The notes below the pieces were generated by a model. The model had not been told where the DNA came from. It did no database searches and saw nothing but the letters and a program-made list of their open reading frames with translations. Made by a program: the position numbers and the translations under genes. Below, piece by piece: positions 1-9,023 of a DNA stretch of 26,838 nt. This DNA is from Polyangiales bacterium (GTDB lineage Bacteria; Myxococcota_A; Polyangia; Polyangiales; Polyangiaceae). The stretch spans positions 1 to 26,838 of the forward strand of contig JBBRLQ010000058.1 of NCBI GenBank assembly GCA_038231275.1, written 5' to 3'. How positions within the stretch are numbered: the stretch's first letter is position 1; each line of letters starts with the position of its first letter.

Positions 1-614
<614 letters not shown>

Positions 615-650
615 TTAGGGCGGGGCGCCTTCGTGAGGCGCGCTCCGAAG

Positions 651-947
651 TCACTTCTCGAGGACACCCAGGATGTCGTCCTCGCGGACGATGAGGTGCT
701 CTTCGCCGTCGATCTTGACCTCGGTGCCGCTGTACTTGCCGAAGAGGACGCGGTCGCCGACCTTCACGTCGAGCTTGCGGACGGTGCCGTCCTCGAGGAC
801 CTTGCCGGAGCCAACCGCGAGAACCTCACCCTCGATGGGCTTCTCTTTGGCCGAGTCCGGGATGATGATCCCGCCCTTGCTCTTCTCTTCTTCCTTCACA
901 CGCTTGAGAATGACGCGGTCCTGCAGGGGGCGAATCTTGGTCGACAT
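651..947 (-). CDS. groES: Co-chaperonin GroES (98 aa)
   Basis: [16 protein letters not shown]...[13 protein letters not shown]...[37 protein letters not shown] Shine-Dalgarno (SD) upstream of ATG 947. Lies directly upstream of groEL. Confidence 0.99.
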   Translation of the reverse strand: MSTKIRPLQDRVILKRVKEEEKSKGGIIIPDSAKEKPIEGEVLAVGSGKVLEDGTVRKLDVKVGDRVLFGKYSGTEVKIDGEEHLIVREDDILGVLEK

Positions 948-1018
948 GGTCGTGCTCCTGAATTCTTTTGGGCTCCGCCTGCCTATGCCTCGATCGAGGC
1001 GACGGACGGGGCCGGTTG

Positions 1019-1045
1019 TTAGCACTCACCTGTGGCGAGTGCTAA
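1019..1045. promoter_or_regulatory. CIRCE element (HrcA operator)
   Basis: Exact TTAGCACTC-N9-GAGTGCTAA in the groES leader. Confidence 0.97.
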
Positions 1046-1056
1046 CGGTGCCGCGC

Positions 1057-1084
1057 AAGATAACCGCGCCCTTGGGCACGTCAA
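1057..1084 (-). promoter_or_regulatory. Sigma70-type promoter of groESL
   Basis: Minus strand TTGACG-N16-TATCTT immediately upstream of the CIRCE, the usual HrcA-repressed layout. Confidence 0.7.
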
Positions 1085-1146
1085 GGGTCGCCGGCGAGAT
1101 TCATAACCTGCTGGAATCGCTAGCGTAGTCGCCGCGCGCTCGAGGT

Positions 1147-1173
1147 TTGGCACACTCGACGCGCGAGTGCTTG
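1147..1173. promoter_or_regulatory. Second, degenerate CIRCE-like element
   Basis: TTGGCACAC-N9-GAGTGCTTG: 14/18 match to CIRCE with the exact 9-nt spacer. Confidence 0.5.
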
Positions 1174-1312
1174 TCGGCGTTTGTCTAACTAGCCGAATTT
1201 CAAGGTATTTGCGCGCGCTCCCCGATCCCGTTACATCCTTAAGAGAACTCTGGGCCTCCTCTGGTCCGCGCATTGCTCTTATCTGGAGGAGGTCATCGAG
1301 GGAGGCGCGCAC

Positions 1313-1924
1313 ATGTCGATTCTGACCAGCGGGAGCGTCACCGAGTTTTTTCACGAGGTCGTGGAGGACGCGATCAAGTCGCGGAGAGTGGAGGCGACCG
1401 ATGGGGCGACCACCTACCTCGTCTCGCTCCTCTCGGACTACGCGAAGCCCGACGCGCGGACCGAGCAGGCGCTCGAGCGGCCGCTCGCGTTCCTCCTCGA
1501 CGAGGCACTCCACACCGTCCCGCCCGCCGAGCGCTTCGATCGGCTGAGGGTCCTCGGCGACTGCGTCCTCTACTCGTGCGGCTTCTTCGGCGATCACTTC
1601 GAGGCACGCGGCGTCGATCAAAAGTACCTCGTCGGCATCGGCACGACGGCGTACGGGAGCGCGAGCGCGATGCTCCTCACGCGCTCGCACGACACGGGCA
1701 CCAAGACGATCGACGTTTTTGGTGAGCTCGCGAACAAATTCGCCACGTTCGTGGAGGTCATCGCCGAGGTTGCCGACACGACGGTCGCGAAGTCCGTCGC
1801 ATCGCCGACGGGCCTCCTCCGCGTCTACGAGCGCTGGCAGAAGACGAAGAGCGGGACCTTGGCGCAGGCGCTCACGTCGCACGGCCTCGTGCCGATGAAC
1901 GTCCCGAAGGGAATGGCTTCGTGA
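1313..1924 (+). CDS. Conserved hypothetical, probably all-alpha protein (203 aa)
   Basis: GGAGG SD, GC3-rich codons, globular sequence (FFHEVV...YLVSLL...LGDCVLYSCGFF...GTTAY...FGELANKF...YERW). Its stop overlaps the next start (GTGA). Confidence 0.85.
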   Translation: MSILTSGSVTEFFHEVVEDAIKSRRVEATDGATTYLVSLLSDYAKPDARTEQALERPLAFLLDEALHTVPPAERFDRLRVLGDCVLYSCGFFGDHFEARGVDQKYLVGIGTTAYGSASAMLLTRSHDTGTKTIDVFGELANKFATFVEVIAEVADTTVAKSVASPTGLLRVYERWQKTKSGTLAQALTSHGLVPMNVPKGMAS

Positions 1925-2568
1925 GCCGAGCGCGCGACGGCGCGGAGCTCCTCGCCGGCAACGGCGCGATGTTGGTCCGCGAGCGCGCGCTCGCCACGCG
2001 GGTACAAGGAGGGCTCGAGCGGCTCTACCAGCTCGAGCGGATCGCCGAGGTTCATGACTTCGTCGCGCCCGCGCGCGAAGGCGAGCGCGAGGCGTTGCTC
2101 GTGCGCGAGGCCGAGGACGGAACGCTCGAGATGCGCCTCAACCTGCCGCAGCTCGGCGAGGGCACGGGCGTCGGGCTCGATCCGCTCTGCCAGATCGTCG
2201 AGGGTGTGAGCCACTTCGTCTACCTCGCGAACCGCGCCGCCGAAGGGCGCGAGGCGACGCAGCTCGAGATGGAGATGCAGGCGGAGGTCGACAAATACGT
2301 GGTCCTCGCGTCGTCGCTCCGCGCGTCGACCGTGGAGAGCAGCGCACGCCTCCGAGAGCGCCTCTACGAACGCGTGCATTATACACACGACGCCGCGAGC
2401 GAGCTCGGCGAGCGATACCGCGTGGCCAACGACGTCGCCCATGCCTTCGTGCGAAAGCTCGAAGGGCGCTTCGTGTCGGCGGGGAACTGGCCGGCCTTGC
2501 GTGGCGAGCTCCGGCGCTTCTTCCGCATGGGGCAAGCGGACAAGGTCCGACTCGGACGCGCCGCGTAA
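1921..2568 (+). CDS. Conserved hypothetical protein with EGVSH...E possible metal-binding motif
   Basis: Coupled to the upstream ORF by GTGA overlap. Motifs CQIVEGVSHFVYL and LEMEMQAEVDKY. Start could be slightly downstream. Confidence 0.8.
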   Translation: MSRARDGAELLAGNGAMLVRERALATRVQGGLERLYQLERIAEVHDFVAPAREGEREALLVREAEDGTLEMRLNLPQLGEGTGVGLDPLCQIVEGVSHFVYLANRAAEGREATQLEMEMQAEVDKYVVLASSLRASTVESSARLRERLYERVHYTHDAASELGERYRVANDVAHAFVRKLEGRFVSAGNWPALRGELRRFFRMGQADKVRLGRAA

Positions 2569-2594
2569 GGTGACGTAGAGTACCGATTCCTCAC

Positions 2595-3599
2595 GTGGAC
2601 GGTCTCAAGGGCACCCTCGATTTCGTCGTGCGCCTCGCCTTCTTCGCGGCGGCGCCGTTCCTGCTCGTCATCGCCGCGCTGCTCTTCCCGGTCACCGGCG
2701 CGCTCGTGCAGATCTCGCTCGCCATGGTGGTGTTCTTCGTCGGCGAGGCCGTGCGCGATCTGGCGACGAAATCACGCATCGCGCGCATTCTGCTGGGTCC
2801 CCAGCTGGCGTTCGAGGAGCACTACCGCGAGCACCCGCCGCGGCCCTTCCTCTACTACGTCTTCTACCCGCTCCTCTTTCCGTACTGGCTCGCGGTGAAG
2901 CCGGCGCGGCGCGAGTTCCTCCTCTACAAGGGCTACACGATCGCGAGCTTCGTCTTCCTCGTGGGGTCGATGGCCTTTGGGTACTACCGGAGCTTTCCCC
3001 CAGAGCTCGGCCTCAAGCAGTTCGCGCCGATCGCGATCGGGACGCTGGTCGCCGAAGCGGTCGTCGTCTTGATGTTCCTCATGCCGATCACGACGACGGT
3101 CGTGCACTTCCACCTCCTTCACGCGCCGCGTCGGCTGGCGGCACTTCTCCTCGTGGGCCTGCTCTCGATGTCCTTCGCCGTCTACCGACTCGAGCGGCGG
3201 CGAGATCCGATCGTCTCGTATGCGACGCGCACGCGCGTGGGACTTCGCACCGTCGCGCGGCCGCACGAGGCAGACAGGGCGCTCACGGCGGCGCTTCGTT
3301 CGGCGTGGGGCGTGCTACCTGCCGCGAAGGGGGACGTGGACAGCGACGGCAAGGTCGAGGGGCGCGTGCTCGATGCCGCGCACGACGGCCTCTCCGGCTT
3401 CTTCCGCCCCGACGAGGCGAACGCGTTCGACCTTTGGTACACGAGGCGCGGAAAGACGGCGATCCTCGTCGTCTACTTCGAGGCGCGACGCGGTCATCGG
3501 CCGATTTGGCTCGCGATGGATCATGCCCACGCGGTCACGCACGACGCGGCCAAGCTCCCGAGGGGCGCGTTCGCGGCGATGGAGAAGGCGACCGAATAG
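2595..3599 (+). CDS. Polytopic membrane protein with a C-terminal soluble domain, unknown function
   Basis: About 6 hydrophobic segments in the first ~200 aa; typical codon bias. Confidence 0.8.
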   Translation: MDGLKGTLDFVVRLAFFAAAPFLLVIAALLFPVTGALVQISLAMVVFFVGEAVRDLATKSRIARILLGPQLAFEEHYREHPPRPFLYYVFYPLLFPYWLAVKPARREFLLYKGYTIASFVFLVGSMAFGYYRSFPPELGLKQFAPIAIGTLVAEAVVVLMFLMPITTTVVHFHLLHAPRRLAALLLVGLLSMSFAVYRLERRRDPIVSYATRTRVGLRTVARPHEADRALTAALRSAWGVLPAAKGDVDSDGKVEGRVLDAAHDGLSGFFRPDEANAFDLWYTRRGKTAILVVYFEARRGHRPIWLAMDHAHAVTHDAAKLPRGAFAAMEKATE

Positions 3600-3623
3600 C
3601 GGCCGCATGGATCGCGTCCGCGA

Positions 3624-4124
3624 CTACTCGTCGTCGGTGCCGACGGCTCCCTCTCGGATCCACTGCTCGACCGCCTCGATGTCCTCGTCGGCCCAGTAGG
3701 GCGGCCCGTCCTTCGGCATGCGCTCGCCTGTGTGGAAGGTGCCCTTGAGCTTTTTCACGAGGCCCGACTCCCCAGGGTTGGCCGTGAGGATGATGTCGGT
3801 GCCGGTATTTTCGCCGCCGCGGCGGAGCGCGCCGAGGGTCGCGAGGTCGAGCCCCGTCGCGTCGAGGCCTACGTGAGAGCCGCGCGTCGAGTAGTGGCAC
3901 GCCGCACAGCCGTGGCCATCCTCGTCAGTGCTCGAGTGGTCCATGTAGGGCCGAATGTCGCGGCGGAAGCTCACGCGCGGCGGCCCCTCCCATGCGTCAG
4001 GCGCGCCTGCGTCGTCGGCGACCAGTTGGGAGCTCGCGCTCGGCGCGCACGCATCCCCCACCATCAGGAGCACGAAGGAAGCCGTCGTGCTCCAGCTCAA
4101 GACACCCTTGCCGACCCCCGTCAT
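3624..4124 (-). CDS. Exported monoheme c-type cytochrome domain protein (planctomycete cytochrome c-like)
   Basis: VSFRRDIRP, CAACH heme-binding motif, GLDL, PGESGLVKKL, distal MP (possible axial Met), and IEAVEQWIREGA ending. N-terminal hydrophobic segment followed by Cys. Confidence 0.8.
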   Translation of the reverse strand: MTGVGKGVLSWSTTASFVLLMVGDACAPSASSQLVADDAGAPDAWEGPPRVSFRRDIRPYMDHSSTDEDGHGCAACHYSTRGSHVGLDATGLDLATLGALRRGGENTGTDIILTANPGESGLVKKLKGTFHTGERMPKDGPPYWADEDIEAVEQWIREGAVGTDDE

Positions 4125-4220
4125 TCAGACGGTAATACGAATGGGAGCCGCGCATCGATCCCGATCGAATCGAAGCGTCTTCTTCGCTCGATCGGCAATA
4201 CGGCCAGTCGCCCTATTCGA

Positions 4221-5138
4221 TCAGTCCGTCGCAGGTGTCGCGCAGCAGCGGAATCCGGTCGAGTAGTCGTGGTACGTGTACTCGTGCGCGATCGTCCGGT
4301 ACGCGCAGCCGTCGCCGTGCTGCGACGTGTCGAGCCAGTAGCCGCCCTGGAACGTGCCGTTGGGATCGGCCGTCCACTCGTGCAGGTTGCCGACCATGTC
4401 GTAGACGCCCAGATCGCTCACGCAGCCGTCGTACTCGCCGGTCTTGGCGACGGTGCCCTCGAGCTGATTGAGGCGCGGATCGTTGAGCTCCGCCCGACCC
4501 CACCCCTTCTTCATCGTCGACGCGAAGAAGACGACCATCGGCGCCGCGCCGGTGTCGTGGCATTTACCAGCGACGCGCGTGGGCCCGTACGGGTATGCCA
4601 AGGCCTGGCTGCCGCCGCACGCCGCGCGCCACTCCACCGCTTGGCAAAGCCGCTTGCCCGACGCGGCGCACGCCGCCTGCGCCTGCGATGCACTGATGTA
4701 CGCCTGCGGGATGACACCGCGGACACTGCGTGCATAATACACCTGTCCGTCGGCGGGCGGCTGGTAGTGCGGGTACGGCGTCTCCTTCGTGCCCTCGCGC
4801 GTGACGAGCGAGCCCTCGAACTTGTCGACGCAGAAGCGGCCGAACGCCAGAGCCATGTCATCGGGGCAGCGCGCGCTCGAGAGGATCGGCGGGAGCACGC
4901 CTTCTACGACGGGGTGGTACTTGAGCGGCGCGTACGCGGACATGACGCTCTCGAGCGTCCCTGGGCGGCCGAAGACACGACCGGGTTTTCTCAGCACGGG
5001 CCCGAGCGCACGGAGCGCGTTCTCCACCTGATCGCGCGACTCTTGCGGCGCGTCCTCGGGCTTCGCAGCCTGCGCGAACGCGCCGAGCGTGGCGGCCCCA
5101 ACGAAGAGGGCGAGCGCGAAGACGCGGGCGCGATGCAT
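4221..5138 (-). CDS. Secreted FGE-sulfatase (SUMF1/EgtB/PvdO-family) domain protein
   Basis: Signal peptide MHRARVFALALFVGAATLGAFAQA; motifs CPDDM, FCVDKFE, GKRLC..EW..AC, YPYG, GVYDMVGNLHEW, GGYW, TGFRCC. Start taken at ATG 5138 rather than the ORF-track 5414. Confidence 0.88.
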   Translation of the reverse strand: MHRARVFALALFVGAATLGAFAQAAKPEDAPQESRDQVENALRALGPVLRKPGRVFGRPGTLESVMSAYAPLKYHPVVEGVLPPILSSARCPDDMALAFGRFCVDKFEGSLVTREGTKETPYPHYQPPADGQVYYARSVRGVIPQAYISASQAQAACAASGKRLCQAVEWRAACGGSQALAYPYGPTRVAGKCHDTGAAPMVVFFASTMKKGWGRAELNDPRLNQLEGTVAKTGEYDGCVSDLGVYDMVGNLHEWTADPNGTFQGGYWLDTSQHGDGCAYRTIAHEYTYHDYSTGFRCCATPATD

Positions 5139-5154
5139 CCGCCTCAAGTGTGGC

Positions 5155-6459
5155 TCAACGCGCGCGCGAAGCCAAGGCCGAGCGCCGGCGCCGCGCCGTG
5201 ATCGCCGCGAGACCGACGAGGAGCGCGAAGCTTCCGACGTCGCCCGTGCCCGCGCCGGTCGCCGAGCATCCCTTTTTCGCGGCGCCGCCGGTGCCGTCGC
5301 CTGCGTCGTCTCCGTCGGCGCTCGCCGGATCGGCCGGATAATCGCCGGACGGGTTGCCCGTGCCGCCGGTGCCCGCGCTCGGCGTCTTGTGGCCGGAGCC
5401 GTCGTCACCCTCATCTGTCGGATCGGGCGTCGCCGCGTCCTTCTTGCCGGCGTCCTTGCCGCTGCCGCTCGGCCCCGCGTCGGACGGAGGAGGGGGATCC
5501 TCGCCGGCGTCGACGTCGCCGGCGTCGATCACGCGGCCGCCGTCGTGCGTCGCCGCATCGTGCGTGCCCGCGTCGAGCTCGCCTGCGTCGATGTCGCTCG
5601 CGTCGGGATCGCCCGCGTCGATGTCGACCGCGCCACCGTCGTCGCTCGCGCTGCCGCCGTCGTCGTCCGTCGCGCATCCGCTGGCGTCGGCGGGGCAGGT
5701 CGCGCCTTTGTACTTGAGCGCCTTCGCGAAGACGTTCCACAGGCCCATGTGACCGGCCGCGCCGGCGACGCCCTTCGTCCCGCCAGCGGCCTCGCCGATG
5801 TATGGCGTGTACACGTAAATCGCCGCAGTCGCCGCGTTGACGGGCGTGACGGTGATCTTGTCTTGCGTCTTCAGCGCCGCGCCGCGCTTCCAGCCGCCGT
5901 TCGCCTCTTGTCCCCCTTCGAGGAGCATCATCGCGCGGGCGACGGCGCGCGTCGCGCAGCCGGCCTGCGCGTCGAGGCCGAGAATTCGCCCGCAGTTGAA
6001 CGCACTCTGGATCTTCGTCTCGACGCCCGTGGACGTCGGCGTCTCGAGGCCGGAGTCTGCGGACGCATCACCGTCGACGGCCGGGCCGGCAGGCGCGCTG
6101 ATGAGGCCGTTCTCCATCTCGATGCGCACGAGGAGCGTGATCGGATTGACGCCGTACGACACGGCCGCGTCGTGGAGGAGCTCGGCCGCCGGCGCGCCGT
6201 TCTCGTCGCGGTAGTTGGCGAGCGGCGACTGCGTCCCGTACGGCGTGCGATCGAGGAACGTCTGGATCTGCTGCGCCGTCACGGCCTTGTCGTCCATGAG
6301 GACGTCGTCATCGATCAGGTGGTTCTTGTCGAACTTCGACCCCGTGATCGCGTTCTGGGTCCCCGCGCTGGACGGTGCCGCAAGCGAGCACCCAACAACG
6401 GCGCCGAAGCTCGCCGACGCCAAGACGACCGCCATCGCAACGCCAAGTCTGGTCCACAT
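5155..6459 (-). CDS. MYXO-CTERM-type surface protein with an N-terminal lysozyme-like domain and acidic DAG-rich linker
   Basis: Signal/lipobox-like N-terminus (AVVGC). C-terminus KKGCSATG...FALLVGLAAITARRRR (GC-TM-RRR). Domain with QIQTFL, AAVSYGVNPITLLVRIEMENGL and NAATAAIYVYTPY. Confidence 0.8.
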   Translation of the reverse strand: MWTRLGVAMAVVLASASFGAVVGCSLAAPSSAGTQNAITGSKFDKNHLIDDDVLMDDKAVTAQQIQTFLDRTPYGTQSPLANYRDENGAPAAELLHDAAVSYGVNPITLLVRIEMENGLISAPAGPAVDGDASADSGLETPTSTGVETKIQSAFNCGRILGLDAQAGCATRAVARAMMLLEGGQEANGGWKRGAALKTQDKITVTPVNAATAAIYVYTPYIGEAAGGTKGVAGAAGHMGLWNVFAKALKYKGATCPADASGCATDDDGGSASDDGGAVDIDAGDPDASDIDAGELDAGTHDAATHDGGRVIDAGDVDAGEDPPPPSDAGPSGSGKDAGKKDAATPDPTDEGDDGSGHKTPSAGTGGTGNPSGDYPADPASADGDDAGDGTGGAAKKGCSATGAGTGDVGSFALLVGLAAITARRRRSALASRAR

Positions 6460-6586
6460 GCACCCACATGGTGCTACTTTTATGCCGCGCCAAATGGTAA
6501 CTCAAGTGCATGATTTTATGAGTCTCAAGTGGATCGGACCGCCTCCAGACTGGATCCACCCCCACCTGGACGCGCATACCTGGGAC

Positions 6587-6616
6587 AAGTTGTATTACAA
6601 ATTTGTATTACAACTT
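6587..6616. promoter_or_regulatory. 30-bp AT-rich near-perfect palindrome made of two TTGTATTACAA boxes; candidate operator
   Basis: AAGTTGTATTACAAATTTGTATTACAACTT (boxes at 6590-6600 and 6603-6613) in the divergent intergenic region. Confidence 0.65.
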
Positions 6617-6678
6617 TGATGTTCGTTGCGAGCAAGCGCGTGACAGCGCCTCGCCTCGCCCTGTGCGACACCGCGGGC

Positions 6679-7704
6679 ATGCGGATCGAATCGACGCGTT
6701 CGACGACTTATCTCCTTCTTCTTCTCGCGTTGCCGGCGGGAACGCTGGGGTGCGGGGCGCCGTCGACGGCGTCCGCGAGCGCTCCGTTCGTCGCGTCGCA
6801 CGGGTGCAGCGAGACGGAGTACCGCCGGCTCGATTTCTGGCTCGGCGAGTGGGAGGTGACGACGCCGGACGGAAAGGTCGACGGGACCAACCGCATCACG
6901 AAGGTCGCCGGTCGCTGCGCGCTCGAGGAGGACTGGCGCGATCACGACGGGAGCCGCGGCCGCAGCGTCTTCTTCTTCGATCGCGGCGAGAAGGCGTGGA
7001 AGCAAATCTGGGTGACGTCGGACGGCGCCTGGAAGGAGAAGCGCGAGGTGTCCGGCGCGCCTCCCGGTGGCCTGCGCTTCGAGGGGCGTGTCCCGCTTCC
7101 CGGCGGCGGCGCGGCGCTCGATCGCACGACGCTGACGCCCCTGCCCGACGGTCGCGTTCGCCAGGTCATCGCACAGTCGACCGACGACGGCGCGACGTGG
7201 CGCACGTGGGAGGGCCTCTACTCCCGGCCGAAAGCGCGTCCGTCGTGCGAGGCGAAGGAGCACCGGCAATTCGATTTCTGGATCGGCACGTGGGACCTCG
7301 TCGTCCGCGCGCGCAAGTCTCCCGGGAGCGAGGCGTGGGACGAGGCGAAGGCGACGAACGATATCCGCGCGACCCACGGCGGCTGCGTCATCGAAGAGTC
7401 GTTCCACGCCGACGGCCCCGGCAATCCATGGGCCGGCCACAGTGTGTCGACCTTCACCAAAGGGAAATGGCGCCAGACTTGGGTCGACGATCAGGCGTCG
7501 TACTTGCCGTTCGTCGGTGAGTGGAAGGACGGCGCGATGACGCTCACCGGGGAGCCTCAATCGGCGAACGGCAAGCCCTTCCAGATGCGCATGGTCTTCT
7601 CGGAGATCACCAAGAACGCCATCCACTGGACCTGGGAACGCACGACCGACGAAGGCGCCACATGGACGCCTTCAATGACCATCGACTACCACCGCCGCCC
7701 TTAA
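6679..7704 (+). CDS. Lipoprotein with two tandem DUF1579-like beta domains
   Basis: Lipobox GTLGC. Internal duplication: CSETEYRRLDFWLGEWEV / CEAKEHRQFDFWIGTWDL, WKQIWV / WRQTWVD, STDDGATW / TTDEGATW. Start taken at ATG 6679. Confidence 0.8.
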   Translation: MRIESTRSTTYLLLLLALPAGTLGCGAPSTASASAPFVASHGCSETEYRRLDFWLGEWEVTTPDGKVDGTNRITKVAGRCALEEDWRDHDGSRGRSVFFFDRGEKAWKQIWVTSDGAWKEKREVSGAPPGGLRFEGRVPLPGGGAALDRTTLTPLPDGRVRQVIAQSTDDGATWRTWEGLYSRPKARPSCEAKEHRQFDFWIGTWDLVVRARKSPGSEAWDEAKATNDIRATHGGCVIEESFHADGPGNPWAGHSVSTFTKGKWRQTWVDDQASYLPFVGEWKDGAMTLTGEPQSANGKPFQMRMVFSEITKNAIHWTWERTTDEGATWTPSMTIDYHRRP

Positions 7705-7759
7705 TCCAGCGTTCGGGTCCGCCGTCGTGCACCGCACGACCGCGACGCCCTCGCGGCCG

Positions 7760-8929
7760 TCACAACCCCATCAATTTCGCCACGTAGTACCGCATGGTCT
7801 CGGTCGTGCCGCCGCCGATGCGGAACAGGCGCTGATCCCGCCACGCGCGCGCGATGTGCATCTCCTCCATGTACCCGGCGCCGCCGTGGAACTGGAGGCA
7901 CTGGTCGGCGATCTCCGTCATCATCTCACCGACGAAGATCTTGGCGAGCGAGATGTACTTCACCGTGTCCATCGAGACGTTGTCCTTCTTGATGTACTTG
8001 TCCTCGTTGTACATCTCGGCGCCGCGGTAGGAGAGCGCCTTGCCGGCCTCGAGCTTCGACGTCAAGTCGACGAACTTGTGCTGCCAATACTCGCGCTTGA
8101 TGATCGGCTTGCCGAACGCCTTGCGGTCGCGACCATAGGCGATCGACTCGTCCATCATGAGCTGCCCGCCGGCGCACGCGCTCGTGCACGCGATGATGCG
8201 CTCCGACTGGAAGTTCTGCATGAGGTACATGAACCCCATGTTCTCTTCGCCGAGGAGGTACCGCTTGGGGACGCGCATGTCTTCGAAGTGGAGCTCCGCG
8301 GTGTCGCTCGAGTGGTTGCCGATCTTCTTCAGCTTCTTGGAGACGTTGAAGCCCTTCGTCTTCGTCGGCACGAGGAAGAACGAGCAGCCGTGCGCGCCGT
8401 GCTCGGGGTTCGTCTTCACGAGCAGCGTGACGAAATCCGCGCGGGTCCCGTTGGTGATGTAGGTCTTGGAGCCGTTGATGATGTAGTCGTCGCCGTCCTT
8501 CTTCGCCCACGTTTGGATGCCGGCGACGTCGCTGCCTGCGTTCGGTTCGCTGACGCCGAGGGCCGCGATCTTCTCGCCGCGGATGGCGGGCGTGAGAAAT
8601 TCGGCGATCTGCTCTTTGGTGCCGATGTCCTTGATGACCGGCGTGGCCATGTCGGCCTGAACCAAGAGGCCCATCGAGACGCCCGCCATCATGCAGCGCG
8701 GGAGCTCTTCGCTCTTCGCGACGGAGAACCAGTAGTCGCCGCCGGCGCCGCCGACCTCTTCGGGATAGTGCGCGCCCAAGATGCCGAGCTCGCCCGCGCG
8801 CTTGAAGACCCAGTTCGGGAAGATCTCGTCCTTCTCCCACTCGTCGGTGTGGGGCGCGAGCTCCTTCTCGCAGAACTGGCGGACGGTCTTCCGGAATTGC
8901 TGGTGCTCTTCGGTGAACGGGCTGGCCAT
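7760..8929 (-). CDS. Acyl-CoA dehydrogenase (LCAD/IVD-type catalytic position)
   Basis: SEPNAGSD, NGSKTYITNG, CLQFHGGAGY, RIGGGTTE (no Glu at the MCAD position; QSER Glu present). AGGAG SD. Confidence 0.96.
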   Translation of the reverse strand: MASPFTEEHQQFRKTVRQFCEKELAPHTDEWEKDEIFPNWVFKRAGELGILGAHYPEEVGGAGGDYWFSVAKSEELPRCMMAGVSMGLLVQADMATPVIKDIGTKEQIAEFLTPAIRGEKIAALGVSEPNAGSDVAGIQTWAKKDGDDYIINGSKTYITNGTRADFVTLLVKTNPEHGAHGCSFFLVPTKTKGFNVSKKLKKIGNHSSDTAELHFEDMRVPKRYLLGEENMGFMYLMQNFQSERIIACTSACAGGQLMMDESIAYGRDRKAFGKPIIKREYWQHKFVDLTSKLEAGKALSYRGAEMYNEDKYIKKDNVSMDTVKYISLAKIFVGEMMTEIADQCLQFHGGAGYMEEMHIARAWRDQRLFRIGGGTTETMRYYVAKLMGL

Positions 8930-9023
8930 GGGAAAATTCTCCTGAATCGCGATTCAGTTTCAAGATGATTCGTACACGAAACATCGCCCGATGCAACCCC
9001 GAACGGGCGTATTCTGCCGGGCC

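Noticed and set aside
621..647. Hairpin between groES and groEL, and the GCCTCGATCGAGGC palindrome at 987-1000
   Set aside because: Short GC-rich stems with no U-tract directly after them on the coding strand; at most ordinary mRNA stability elements.
4221..4400. FGE/C-type-lectin-fold C-terminus as a diversity-generating retroelement target
   Set aside because: No reverse transcriptase and no second near-identical template repeat in the window.
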